A DNA stretch of 63,486 nt, counting the filler, from Octopus bimaculoides (lineage: Eukaryota): assembly GCF_001194135.2 (NCBI RefSeq). It is 6 parts of 5 records of this genome, joined end to end, with 100 filler letters (N's around TTAATTAATTAA, not from the genome) between each part and the next. Parts side by side here need not be neighbours in the genome. Positions count along the whole stretch, not along the records: positions 20,403 to 35,758 come from NC_068988.1; positions 35,859 to 54,143 come from NC_068986.1; 4 more parts are not named here. The stretch is one strand, 5' to 3'. This document shows positions 23,179 through 36,672 of the stretch, piece by piece; position 1 is the first letter of the stretch; every line of letters begins with the position of its first letter. Below the pieces are notes generated by a model, which was not told where the DNA came from, did not search any database, and worked only from the letters and a program-made list of their open reading frames with translations. A program made the translations under genes and the position numbers.

Positions 23179-25715
23179 CAGATATATGGTAACTAAAGAC
23201 TTAAAGGGTCTGCGTTTTACTATACTTAGCTTCATACGTTGGCAATGACATGTGCCAGTGAAAATTCATTTCATGATAAGTTCTGAGCTGAGATGACATC
23301 CTTGGGAAATGCCTTCCTATAAGCACATGCATTAATATCTATAATTTTTGTTTTCCCACACTTCATTAATGGTATTTCACACTCTTTTTGACGGGATATC
23401 CTCAGGAATGTAGTTATTGAATTTTCCGCCTTTCCACTAAAGCATTCCGAAATAAAGTTCAATAGCTGATATTATTGGCCATTGTTCCCCATTTCCTCTA
23501 ATATTTATGTATCTTGTTACAACGGTGATCCATCGCTATACCAAATGTCAGCGTGAAAACTACGATGTTTCCTCTCTGAGATAAATAGCTCACTCATCTA
23601 ATCGATTTCTTCTACATTACCTATTATCGATATCTCGTTCGCCATTGACGATATCTAATTTCTTTCTCCCTATTTCCCTCTCTCTCTCTATTTCCCCCCT
23701 CTCTCTCTCTCTCTCTCTTTCTCTGTTACTCTCTCCGTCTTTGTTTGCGTCTCTCTTGTTGTTATTATTATTACTACTAGTATCATTATTATTATTGTTG
23801 ATGCTGTTGTTGTTATCATTATCATTATTATTATTGTTATTATTATTATTATCAATATTATTATATACACAACTTTTCACAATACACACAGTAACACATA
23901 ATATACAAAAACCTGAAAATAAACAAAACACCTCACAATACACGCAATTGTTCACAAATCACACACGTCACCATGCACAAAATGCATCACAATTCAGATA
24001 ATGCCTCAATAAACACAACAATGCACGAGACATACAATAGATTACAATACAATTAAAGCGTCTCCATAAACTCAACAGCTCACAACACAAACTGCCCTTC
24101 AAAAATCTCCCAACCCTAACGATAAACATGATGCCTCTCTATACCGATAAAACATCATAATACGCACACTCCTAACAAAATACACGACCTCTCAGAATGC
24201 ACACAATACCTTACAGCACATTTAACACCTTCAAATGCACACAGCATAACATAATGCACACAAAGCCTGATAAGGCACACAGTGTCTACTTGCTCTGCGG
24301 TGCCTTCCACAACAACACCACTGAAAGTCACTAGAATAACTCTGATTATCTGTTTGGTGAGCTTACATCTATATATAATCTGAGATCTTTCGTTAAAGTT
24401 AATTTCCAGAAACCGTGTACCGATTCCTGTCACTGACCACCAACAAAGTTCAAGTATGATGCTTAGAAGGGAACTTCTCACACTTACATGAAATGGTGCT
24501 GCTGCTGTTCTGAGTGAAACAGAGGACCACATACAAGGAAGCCATTTAGGAAAACACTCCCTGAGTAGTTATTTTAATCACTGGTTTATATAATAAACCA
24601 AGTAGCCTAGTGGGTTGTGTGTGGTTTTAATTCCGGGACAAGTCGTTGCGTTACAACTTTGATGAAGGCATTTAATTTTATGTTGCTCCAGTCTACTGTA
24701 ATATGTATATAGTATTAGCTGTAATAAGTATCAGCCCGGTACTTGTGTAGTCCTCTCTCCTACCGATCCCGACCTGTGTGTTCTCTGAAGTTTAGAGTGC
24801 GAATTGAGACAGGGTTTCGACGCAGAAGTATGGTACCAAGTAATACACGCTCATAAGCACTATTAAATTATGTTTCTTCTCACGATATGTACAAATAGAT
24901 ATAACTCTGAACTATCAAACTATCTAATCTATTCCAACTTGTTTCTCATCTGCTTTTCTCAGTTCTACTGTGTCTCACATGCGTGGAACTGCACAAATAG
25001 CTTCCGAGTCTGACACAGTTGTCCGAAACAACACCATCACTCATCCCATGATAATGTTCAAACTGAACATCAGTCATCTGAACCTCACAATCTTGAAAAC
25101 AGAAAAAGGTCATGGTCTTTGCCATTCCTTTCTTACATTTTATTTTTCATGGATTACGTTAAAAAGTGTAGTACTGATGATGGCTTTACAGCCACTGAGG
25201 TGATCAGAAAAATACAAAATATTCTCTTGAGTAGTCACTTGTTTTCATAAAGAATGGGTCAGTTGTTATTAGTATTTAACAGATGCATGTTAAATAGAAA
25301 TGATAAAGTTGATTAGAGAAAGGTTTAATCTTAAAACATGTCATTGTTTGGCCTCATGTAAGCTGTGATCAAGTAGAACGAAAAGCAAACAACGTCCAAA
25401 AAGGAATTTATCCTCTGATTGGCACTTAGGTCGAATATATACTTCATAGTTGATTCCACTAAATATTAAGTGATGGTGATAAATGTTAGTAAGATATATA
25501 ATTGACTGCTCGTGTACATTTAGTAATATACATTAGCCAAGTCTACTAATGAATGCACAGGAAGAGAAAAAAAACCAACTTTTAACTGTTTATATACATA
25601 TGCGGTAAATTAACGGCTAATATTATGAATAAATCAACACAACAATAATAACTGGGAAAAGTGACAGACGAAAAACGACACAAGCACACACATTCATACA
25701 CACATACATACACAC

Positions 25716-25746
<31 letters not shown>

Positions 25747-27817
25747 GAGGCACACACAGATGCACACACAGAGGCACACACACACAGAAACGTACTCAAA
25801 CACAGACTCACACAAACGCACACAGACGCATGAAGATGTTCACATGAGTCTTACTTGTTAAAGTAATTTGTATTATAACAACACTCTGTAAGAAGATAGA
25901 TATGCTTTTAGGTAAAATATTAAATGTGATTATCAAAGGAGTTATTGAATAATGCAAATTAAAGAAAATTATTCATACGTAATTTTTTCTTTCCATTGAA
26001 TATCGATAACTTCATGAGATATTAGGAGAATAACAATTAAATTCCAAAAGTAAATTCCTTCATATTTCATAAAAACCTACGATAACATCTAAGGACTTGG
26101 TACAGTTCAACTTATTAATAATGATTCTGCCCCCCCCCCATCAACATTACTGATTATATTTGTTAGAGAATTGTGTAACGATGAAATGGAATGTTTTATA
26201 CTGTACATAGCCAAGTATATCTGAGTACCGATGTTCCAATCCAAGACGCCCTCTTTCGACAATACAGAATTACCGAATCTGCATATATATATATATATAT
26301 ATATATAAATATNNNNNNNNNNNNNNNNNNNNNNNNNNNNNNNNNNNNNNNNNNNNNNNNNNNNNNNNNNNNNNNNNNNNNNNNNNNNNNNNNNNNNNNN
26401 NNNNNNNNNNNNNNNNNNNNNNNNNNNNNNNNNNNNNNNNNNNNNNNNNNNNNNNNNNNNNNNNNNNNNNNNNNNNNNNNNNNNNNNNNNNNNNNNNNNN
26501 NNNNNNNNNNNNNNNNNNNNNNNNNNNNNNNNNNNNNNNNNNNNNNNNNNNNNNNNNNNNNNNNNNNNNNNNNNNNNNNNNNNNNNNNNNNNNNNNNNNN
26601 NNNNNNNNNNNNNNNNNNNNNNNNNNNNNNNNNNNNNNNNNNNNNNNNNNNNNNNNNNNNNNNNNNNNNNNNNNNNNNNNNNNNNNNNNNNNNNNNNNNN
26701 NNNNNNNNNNNNNNNNNNNNNNNNNNNNNNNNNNNNNNNNNNNNNNNNNNNNNNNNNNNNNNNNNNNNNNNNNNNNNNNNNNNNNNNNNNNNNNNNNNNN
26801 NNNNNNNNNNNNNNNNNNNNNNNNNNNNNNNNNNNNNNNNNNNNNNNNNNNNNNNNNNNNNNNNNNNNNNNNNNNNNNNNNNNNNNNNNNNNNNNNNNNN
26901 NNNNNNNNNNNNNNNNNNNNNNNNNNNNNNNNNNNNNNNNNNNNNNNNNNNNNNNNNCTATATGTATGTATGCGTCTGTGTTGTGTCGTACAGAAGAGCC
27001 CAAAGCAAGACAAAATGATATGATTGAAGACTACTGTGATAACAATAAACATCTCCCTTTATCTCTCTCTCTCTCTTTCTCTCTCCCTTTCTCCTTGTCT
27101 CTCTCTCTCTCTCTCTCTCTCTCACACTCACTCTCTCTCCCTCTATGATACTATGTGCAGCTCCCAGTGTACTACTACCATTATGAAAGGCATGGGCTGA
27201 ATTCAAAATGCTGTCCACTGAATCTGATGGCAAACAAAAACAATTTGGCTCTTGAGATTTAAACCCGACGGATAAAACCAAAAAGCAAAGATAGCCAGAA
27301 ATCCACAACTGCAGCTGGTAAAAACAAGACGTGGGCTTTCGTTTGGTTTGTTGCGACAACAACAAAAATGGCTACATACAGCAGCATCACCGAAAGAAAC
27401 GGACCCTAGACCTATCTAAAACGAGAAAACACATCAAGGCATGTCAACACTACGTAAGACCTTTTTCTCTCTCTCTCTCTTCCTATATCCCCTTTTTTCC
27501 TCCTGTTCTCCATAATTGTAAGAAAAAAAAAAAAAGAAAAAAAGAAAAAAGAAGCAAAACGTTTCTTCTGTAATTTTAGTTTTCAACTAGATTTAGGTAA
27601 ACTAATTTTAAAACCTCAAGTTTTGTCGTGCTGAAGAGCTGGAACCAGTGTGAAATTACATCATTCACGACTTCTAGGATAATAATGAAAGGATCATATG
27701 CAAAAATATGTATACCTTTTTCACTCTTTGTGAAAAGAGAATACATCCCGAAAAAAGAAATAGAGAATATGCTTAGAATCGATTTTCTACTGTCGCAAAT
27801 TTCTCATTCTATATCAC

Positions 27818-28108
27818 ATATTTGACTCAATATTTGACTCAATATTTGACTAGTCTTCTTTCGGCGTTTCGAGGTCGATAAATTAAGTATCATTTGCGTA
27901 CTGGTTTCGATTTAATCGACTGGTCCCTTCCCCCAAAATGTCGGGCCTTGTGCCTAGAGTAGAAAAGAATATTTGACTAGGCTTCTTTCATCGTTTCGGG
28001 GTCGATAAATTAAGTACCAGTTGCGTACTGAGGTCGATCTAATCAACTGGACCCCTCCCCCAAAATTTCAGGCCTTGTGCCTAGAGTAAAAAAGAATATT
28101 TGACTAGG
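27818..28108 (+). mobile_element. Tandem duplicated 3' halves of SINE family B (127-bp period)
   Basis: aatatttgactag at 27841, 27968 and 28095 separates two copies of ggtcgataaattaagta...ggccttgtgcctagagta..aaagaat. Preceded by an (atatttgactca) tandem. Confidence 0.85.
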
Positions 28109-28280
28109 CTGGTGTATTTCAAAATTACATTGATAATTACATTGATAATTATGAAATTATGAACTAATGAAACGCGCCTGTTTCTTGGCTGGCTTCGTTG
28201 TAAATAGCACACATAAACGTTTCCAGGAACGTTGGGGAAGTGTTTAGCTGGCGTATTGAATATATGTGAATGTATATAAA

Positions 28281-28633
28281 GTGAGGGCGCAATGGCCCAG
28301 TGGTTAGCGCAGCGAACTCGTGGTTGTGGGATCGGGATTGTGTGTGTTTATTGAGCGTAATTACCTAAAGCTCCACGGGACTCCGGCAGGGTGTGGTGGC
28401 GAATCCTTCTGTACTCTTTCACCACAACTTTCAATTTTTCTTCCAGTTTCTGTTGTACCTGTATTTCAAAGGGCAAGCCTTGTCAAACACTGTGTCACGC
28501 TGAATCTCTCCGAGAACTACGTTAAGGGTACAAGTGTTTGTGGAGTTATTCAGCCACTTACGCGTTAATTTCATGAGTTCCGTTGATCGGATCCACTGGA
28601 AACCTCGTCGTCGTAACCGACGGAATGCCACAA
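28281..28633 (+). mobile_element. SINE family A, full length, more diverged
   Basis: gtgagggcgcaatggcccagtggttagcgcagcgaactcg...ctcgtcgtcgtaaccgacggaatgccacaa. Confidence 0.9.
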
Positions 28634-28730
28634 TGTATGTAATGATTCTCTGATTCGTCAGGGAATCACGAAATGGCACATACTTGGATTCGTTGGAATG
28701 TTTTCATAAAATGTTTAATTCGTGCATGTA

Positions 28731-28820
28731 TACACCTGATGAGAACAGTTTTTTTTTCACATGATGTAATAACTCTTTCATCAATAAAAAAAAAAACATC
28801 TGAAACAGCTGTAGTCCGTG
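28731..28820 (+). ncRNA. Hammerhead-like family copy H3
   Basis: acac-CTGATGA(28736-28742)g...poly-T/poly-A stem...GAAA(28802-28805)CAGCTGTA-gt. Shares tcatcaat and ccatctgt with H1/H2; stem I only ~2 bp. Confidence 0.4.
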
Positions 28821-29185
28821 AACCACTAACCATCTGTTGTAATTAGTTTATTATGCATGTAGATATGTAATATTCATCGAGAAACGTTGGGAAAGAAACT
28901 TTCTAAGCAAACAATATTGTTCGAAACAGAGACAATATACGGTAGATGTGATCGGAATGAAGGTTTTTAATGACAAAACCTCAATAGACTTGCGAATCGA
29001 AATGACATGCAAATACATAAACATGTATGTATATATGTGTTCACTATGAGTGGGACTCTGTGTGTGTATGTGTGTGTATGTGTGTGTATGGGGGGGGGGT
29101 ATTCACGCACGCGCACGCACTCACTCACAAATATATGTGTATATAGATTTCAGATAAAATTGCGTCTATTGTTGTGAACTTATAC

Positions 29186-29229
<44 letters not shown>

Positions 29230-30862
29230 GTATATATATATATATATATATATGTAACACACACACACACACATACACACACACACAAACAGACACAAGA
29301 ACACACACACACACACACACACACAGAGTTCCTTTCATAGTCAACATATATATACATATATGTTTATATATTTGCATGTCTTTTCTATTGGCATGCCTAC
29401 TGAGATTTTGTCATTAAGAACCTTCATTCCGAGCACATCTACCGTATCTTGTCTCTGCTTCGAACAATATTGTTTACTTAGAAAGTTTCTTTCCCAACGT
29501 TTCTCGACAAATATTATATATTTACATGTTTATATCCTCACAGGGTTCATTCCTAAACCGCCTTCCCCTCCTAACTTATGCATAATAGAAAAATAATATC
29601 CTTTAAGTAATGATAATAAAAAAAACAACAACATAAGGGATTAACTATTCATCCAATATTTCCGCTCCAAGAGAATCTCTAAGGATATTTAACACAGAAT
29701 TCAATACAAAGTAAGTTAAATAAAACATCGCAGATTATTTTTGAATTATATAAGATTCTTTGAATAGAGCAGCTGAAAGAATCGTAACCTGTTATCTGCA
29801 AGCATTGTCTGCTGCACACGCTGGATTTATTCTTAATTTAGATCATCTTTCTTGGAATTGTGAAGCAAAGATGACAGGTGGAATTAGAATTAAGAAAAGC
29901 ATTAAAAAAATCTCACATAGGCATAAAGCAACAAGTTTACAGTATGAATAAGATTGCTTAAAGCTTGTGTCTTCACCAAAGATTTTTACCAACGGTAAAA
30001 TAGAAGTGAGATAGAAGTACTTTCGTGGACTCGATTTTCCTTGATTACTTGAGCCATAGTTGAATCTTTCATACATATGAAAACGATGGTGATTTATAAT
30101 CAATGTTATGCATTCTTTCTCATAGCAACTTTTATATATTCATACTCTTACATGGAGCTAATTGTCTGTGTGTGTGTGTATGTGTGCGTATCATGCATAA
30201 CACAACGGAGATCAGAAGAACTGAAGTAAATTTCAATATTATGAAACTAACTGTTTGTGTGATGCATGTGCGTACGTGCACTCGCCTGTGCATGTATGGG
30301 TGCGTGTCTGTGTATGTATGTGTGTGTGCGTGTGTGCGTGTGTGTGTGTGTATGTGTGTTGTGCATTTGTGTATGCATTATACATACTACAACGCAATTG
30401 ATGTGCGGAATAAAGGGGTAATGTTTCCGCCAGATCTTCCTTTCAGTTCAAGTAAAATTTATGAATTATTCTGCGTTTAAACCATTGCAATTCATCGTTA
30501 CATAACCTTCTACTAAATATAATCAGAAATATTGATGTTTAACAGCATAAATGGCGTAAGAAGTAAAGTATGCCTTCTACGAGAGGCGGTCAACAAACCG
30601 TAATACATACTGCTTGAAGTTACCCCAGTTTTCCCCGCATATCAAATAGCGTGTAAAAGACAGTATACACATTAGTATCATCTACGGACACATATAACAT
30701 GCACACATATGCGCGTAACTACGCACAGGCGCACATACGCACGCAGACACACATACACAGATACACAAACACACACACACACACGCACGCACTCGTATAT
30801 ATTAATTAAAAAAAGAATCAAAGAAAAATACAATAATTGCTAGTTTAAATGTACTTGAAAAT

Positions 30863-31251
30863 TTGTTGTTAACACTCCATCGCTTACGACGTCGAGGCTT
30901 CCAGTTGATCCGGTCAACGGAACAGCCTGCTCGTAAAACTTACGTGCAAGTGGCTGAGCCCTCCACAGACACGTGTACTCTTAGCGTAGTTCTCGGGGAT
31001 ATTCAGCGTGACACAGAGTGTGACAAGTCTGGCCCCTTTGAATTACAGGCACAACAGAAACAAGAAGTAAGAGTGAGAGAAAGTTGTGGTGAAAGAGTAC
31101 AGCAGGGTTCGCCACCATCCCCTGCCGGAGCCTCGTGGAGCTTTAGGTGTTTTCGCTCAATAAGCACTCACAACGCTCGGTCTGAGAATCGAAACCGCGA
31201 TCCTATGACCGCGAGTCCCCTGCCCTAACCACTGGGCCATTGCGCCTCCAC
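30863..31251 (-). mobile_element. SINE family A, full length with 11-bp TSD
   Basis: TSD tacttgaaaat at 30852-30862 and 31252-31262; (CAA)-type tail on the element strand; intact A/B boxes. Confidence 0.95.
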
Positions 31252-31826
31252 TACTTGAAAATATACATTCATAAATCAAGAGAAATAAGGTGATGTGATG
31301 TCTATACAGTTCTCACAATTCTTTAAGAGTGTAAATAAGGCGCTGTTAATTATGAATTTCAGTTCTGTATTCATTGACAAGGGAATGATTATGGTAGTAT
31401 TTGAAACAACGCCAATATGTTAACTGTATTTGGTGTAACTCATACCTAAAGCAAATTCGGACACTAGCGTCTTTGAATAACTTAACGTTCTTTTATTCTT
31501 TTATTCTTACATTTGTTTCAGCCATTGAATTACAGACACACTGGGACATTTCTTTGAGGGATTTCAGTTAAAAAATCGACTGCATTTTTTATCCTAAGTT
31601 TGCTAGTTATTCTATCGATAATTTTACTAAACATCTAAGTTTCGCTGACACAAATGAACCTACACCGATTGCCAAACAATGAGGGACGAACACCAACACA
31701 AAAACTCACACAGACACATAGACACGCAGAGACACACACAGACACAAACACACACATATATTCATACACACGTCATAGACTCATACATAGTGTCTGTCTT
31801 AGTGACAAGGCATTAATCCGTTCTGA

Positions 31827-32202
31827 TTGTTGGCACTCGGTCGGTTACGACGACGAGAGCTCCAGTTGATCTGATCAACGGAACAGTTTGCTCGTGAATT
31901 TAACGTGCAAGTGGTTGAGCACTCCACAGACACGTGTACCCTTAACGTAGGTCTCGGGGAGATTCAGCGTGACACAGAGCGTGACAAGGCTGGCCGTTTG
32001 AAATACAGGTACATCAGAAAGAGGGAGAGAAAGCTGTGGTGAAAGAGTACAGCAGGGTTCGCCACCCCTTCCCTGCTGGAACCTGGTGGAGCTTTAGGTG
32101 TTTTCGCTCAATAAACACTTACAACGCCCGGTCTGGGAATCGAAACTGCGATCCTACGACCGCGAATCCGCTGCCCTAACCACTGGGCCATTGCGCCTCC
32201 AC
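31827..32202 (-). mobile_element. SINE family A, full length
   Basis: Same body and head as 30863-31251, with internal indels. Confidence 0.93.
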
Positions 32203-33169
32203 TAAGATATTTGCTTTTGGTTTGAACCCATATCGCGTGAATTTCTAGCAAACTTCTTAACCATATAGCCACATCTCCTCCATGTGAGAGTATATATGAA
32301 ACAAACTTTACTGCAAATACATCTGCAACGTCGGTTGCCACATCACTTTACATTACAAACCTTTCTTTACTCAAATGAATAGGATTAATTTCCTTTGAAG
32401 CTTCCCAGCTGAAGAGAATTCTTTTCGTTTACGACGTTGAAAGTTCTTAAAAACGAACTAAACATCACAAAACCACATTTCCTCATATCAATATTTAAGA
32501 GAAATGAATATTTTTAACTCATTTCACTTTCCTACCATGTATACAGTTCAGAGTAACTTTGATGTAGATTTAATAGTCTAAACGACCGTGCGCCACCGAA
32601 TTTTCTGAGATCTTAGAGTGCTTTTTTGTGTCGTTCAGATACAATAAGTTCAAATACTAGTAAGGTCAAATTTTCCTTTTATCATCACGAGGTTGATAAA
32701 ATAACTACTATTAATATATTAATGCCGTTTCATCGACTAATACCTTCTATTTCTAAAACATTGGCTGGGAGCCTAAAAAACACAATAATTTAGATCTGTT
32801 TTCTAACAAACCATTTTAAATGCTTTACAGGCGTATAATTTCTAACGTTATTATAAGTTTTTTGCGGAAGCATTTGTAACTTTTGTTTGTTATGTTGGTC
32901 GATAGAGTTGTTGAGCTCGAAAAAAGAAAATAAGATGGGAAACGATATGAAGACATAAAGGCGAAAAGAAGAAAAAAATTAATAAGACATAGAAGACATT
33001 TGAAAAATGTGATCTCAAGCCAGCGTTTTGTTTGAAAGCTGGTTAAAAACTTATTTTAATCAATATTGATACAATTACTTTCTTAATATCTCTGTAAATT
33101 AGTGCTCCTTTCTTTCTCTGAACCGTTTCTCTCTTTTCCTTTCATACCTGTTACCTTTCTCTATCTAAC

Positions 33170-34072
33170 CCTCTCTCTATCTCTCTGTCTATCTATCACT
33201 GTGTGTATCTCTGTGTCTATCTATCTCTCTGTCTATCTATCTCTCTGTTTATCTCTCAGTCTATCTCTCTGTATCTATCTCTGTGTGTATCGCTGTGTCT
33301 ATTTATCTCTCTGTCTATCTATCTCTCTGTCTATCTCTCTTTCTATCTCTCTGTCTATCTATCTCTCTCATCCGTCCGTCTGTTTGTCTGACTGCTTGCC
33401 TGTCTGTTCGTCTGTCTATCTGTCTCTGCCACATCCTTATCACACTTCGTTTCTTTCTCGTTTTTATAATAACTCAATTTCTTACTCCTTCCCAGTATAC
33501 TTCAGCTCGAGCGTTTGTGCTGGCGTTTGTATATAAATGTGCGAGTGTGGTGTATACGTGTGGATATGCGCATATAGATATGTGTATATGCGAATATACG
33601 TATACATGTATATGTGTATGCATAGTAATACATTTTCCCTAATATCTTCTACTGTGACGTTCCCCATCACACGCACGCTGTCTTACTTAATTACCCTTAA
33701 TTTCTTAGTGCCTATCAACTTCTAAATCTCCACCTATGACCTGCCATGTTCCCAAACAAACGCGAATAAACATGACCGGACACATAGGAACACACAAGCA
33801 CACAAACGGACACATGATTCAAAATGTTTTCTTCATTTCCTATTCTTATTATCATTCGCCCCTCAAGCGCTTCATACAGTTTTTGTCTTTCTCTCTCCCC
33901 CCTCTCTCTTCCCTTTCAATCATTGCCCTACTCATCTCCTATAAACATTTTGTTGCCACTCATATCCTCCTCTCGTTCCTGTCTACCTCGTAATAATCAT
34001 CTTTCCATTAACTCCGTGGTTCTTTTCCTCTAGTTCATCTGCACTACTAGCATCTATCTATCTATCTATCTG

Positions 34073-34141
<69 letters not shown>

Positions 34142-34157
34142 TCTATCTATCTATCTA
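33170..34157. repeat. (CT)/(TATC) compound tracts (33170-33420) and (TATC)n (34055-34157)
   Basis: Direct reading. Confidence 0.9.
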
Positions 34158-34324
34158 ACCTCTTAAAAGACCTATTTTGTTTTTAAATTTTGAATAAGTT
34201 GTGTATAACACAAAATACTTCGTGAATATATATTTTTCAAATCGGAAATAGCTCTATTTAGAGCCTTATTTCCAAAAATTCAAACACATCTTCCTCGTTC
34301 CTAGCCATATTCTGTAAAACGAAT

Positions 34325-34872
34325 ATGGCTATGGTATACAACAACGCCGATTTCCCGCCTCTAATGCCAGAGACGAAAGAACTTAATGCCGTTCCGCATG
34401 AACGCAGACAGGTGNNNNNNNNNNNNNNNNNNNNNNNNNNNNNNNNNNNNNNNNNNNNNNNNNNNNNNNNNNNNNNNNNNNNNNNNNNNNNNNNNNNNNN
34501 NNNNNNNNNNNNNNNNNNNNNNNNNNNNNNNNNNNNNNNNNNNNNNNNNNNNNNNNNNNNNNNNNNNNNNNNNNNNNNNNNNNNNNNNNNNNNNNNNNNN
34601 NNNNNNNNNNNNNNNNNNNNNNNNNNNNNNNNNNNNNNNNNNNNNNNNNNNNNNNNNNNNNNNNNNNNNNNNNNNNNNNNNNNNNNNNNNNNNNNNNNNN
34701 NNNNNNNNNNNNNNNNNNNNNNNNNNNNNNNNNNNNNNNNNNNNNNNNNNNNNNNNNNNNNNNNNNNNNNNNNNNNNNNNNNNNNNNNNNNNNNNNNNNN
34801 NNNNNNNNNNNNNNNNNNNNNNNNNNNNNNNNNNNNNNNNNNCAGTGAAAACAGCAACAAAAACAACAACAA

Positions 34873-34910
<38 letters not shown>

Positions 34911-35758
34911 GCAACAACAAGGACACAAATGTCCTTGCTAACAAAACCACTGTCCTCACCACTGATACCACCACAACAAACACGAACTTTGCCGAGGCTT
35001 TGAAGCCCAGAAAAAGAATTTTGAATATATCGAAAGAGAAATTACTCGCATGCAAAAGCATGCTAAGTAAAAAGGACGTTACAGTCCATCTTCAAACACC
35101 TGCAGACTTTAAAATAAACATAGATTAAAAAACTATCATCTACAGAACCATTAATTTAAAGAGAAAGACACTGGAAAAATTCACTCAAGAAAAGGTTGAG
35201 AGATACTTAAAGCCGCTATGGTCTTATAAAACTTACATAACGAGAGGAATGAAGTTCGCAACAATAGAGGTAAGACTCGATAGCGAGCAGCGAGCCAAGG
35301 ACCTCTCCACAAAGTCATTACAACATGAGAACCTGCTCATGATCCCTACGTACCTTGGTCGTAGGGTTACGAAAATAAAGATTTCGAATGTGCCTCCTGA
35401 AATTGAGGAAGAATGGCTCGTATCTGCCATATGTCTCGGTATAGAGGAGGAAATAAACATTTTAGAAGCATCTGCCGTGTACAATGGAAACTGGATTGGT
35501 CAGGAAATTCAATTCCTGGTACAAGTTGATCCAGCAAACTACGAGAAAATTCCACATAGAATCTAATTAAGTGAGGATTCAAGTTTCCATGTTTCCGTCG
35601 AAGGCAGAAGGCCAGTTTGCTACGTTTGTAGTAGCAAAACTCACCTTCGAAACACATGCCCAGTAGCCCAGGAGCAAAGGCAACAACAACGTCAACAATA
35701 TCAAGAAAGACAACAACAACAACAACAACCACAAGAAAACCAAAAGCACAAGAAAAAA
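34325..35758 (+). pseudogene. LINE ORF1 (gag-like) nearly intact: low-complexity N/T region, RRM-like core, CCHC knuckle, poly-Q
   Basis: After the gap one frame runs 34843-35758 with only two TAA stops (35126, 35564). Contains RRVTKIKISNVPPEIEEEWL and CYVCSSKTHLRNTC (35618-35659). The 5' part is separated by Ns, so the frame link is unproven. Confidence 0.75.
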
Positions 35759-35914
35759 NNNNNNNNNNNNNNNNNNNNNNNNNNNNNNNNNNNNNNNNNN
35801 NNTTAATTAATTAANNNNNNNNNNNNNNNNNNNNNNNNNNNNNNNNNNNNNNNNNNNNATATATATATATATACATATACATGTATGCATATGTTTATAA
35901 ATACATAAAGTTCA

Positions 35915-36205
35915 CTTTGTACATGTATGGTTCAGTCCCACTGTATAACACCTTTGGCAAGACTCTTCTACTATAGTCTCGGACTGACCAATGCCTTGTG
36001 AATCAATTTGATACAGGGAAACTGTGTGGAAGACCGTTGTTTATAGGTGTATGTCTTTGTTCGTCTGTACATGTGTGCCTTTGTGTCCGTGTTCCCCTCA
36101 CCACCGATTGAAAACCGATGTTGATTTGTTTACGTTCCTGTAAGTTTTTGGGTTTTTTTTTTTTAGCAGAAGAACCGATACCAAACTAATACTTAACTAT
36201 TAGAC
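35915..36205 (+). mobile_element. SINE family C, diverged
   Basis: ggttcagtcccactg...cacctttggcaagactcttctactatagtctcggactgaccaatgccttgtgaa...tttacgttcctgtaag. Confidence 0.75.
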
Positions 36206-36613
36206 ATATCAAGCACGAAATCTCTTAAAGGTTATATTAAAAAATATATATTATTTGGTTGATATTGCAATAATGCTAAATATATACTTATTTACATATT
36301 CTGGATAGTGTTAAACTCTCCCACGTCCATTGTGTACGTTGTGTCATGAAAACGCTGGTTGACTGTATTTTTAATTCATTCCACTCGCATAGCTGTGTGA
36401 TTATGTTGAACCTCCTTCTAATGGTTCTTGGAATTCGAATGAAATTTTAGACTATTCAAAATGCCTGATCAGATGGTTTGTTCCGTAATTCATACAATGT
36501 GGTTAATGTTATGTAATATCAGATTATGTAATACATTGCAAACAAATAAAGGGCCATACTAGCGACACGTACACAGCATAATTTGAACGAAAACTACACT
36601 CACTTCATGTCCA

Positions 36614-36672
<59 letters not shown>

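Noticed and set aside
24155-24560. Possible minus-strand exon with a GTAAGT donor near 24490 (ORF 24155-24532)
   Set aside because: No homology signal and no acceptor/partner exon that I can support.
27150-27430. Possible host exon ending at ac/gtaaga (ORF 27331-27573)
   Set aside because: In-frame stop just upstream, no recognisable domain and no partner exons; at most an untestable UTR exon.
27818-28108. CRISPR-like array
   Set aside because: Eukaryotic context, the 'spacers' are homologous SINE halves, and there are no cas genes.
29760-29990. ORF 29760-29951 and alternative-frame PVICKHCLLHTLDL resembling the hAT C-X2-H motif
   Set aside because: One short motif with stops on both sides; too weak to call.
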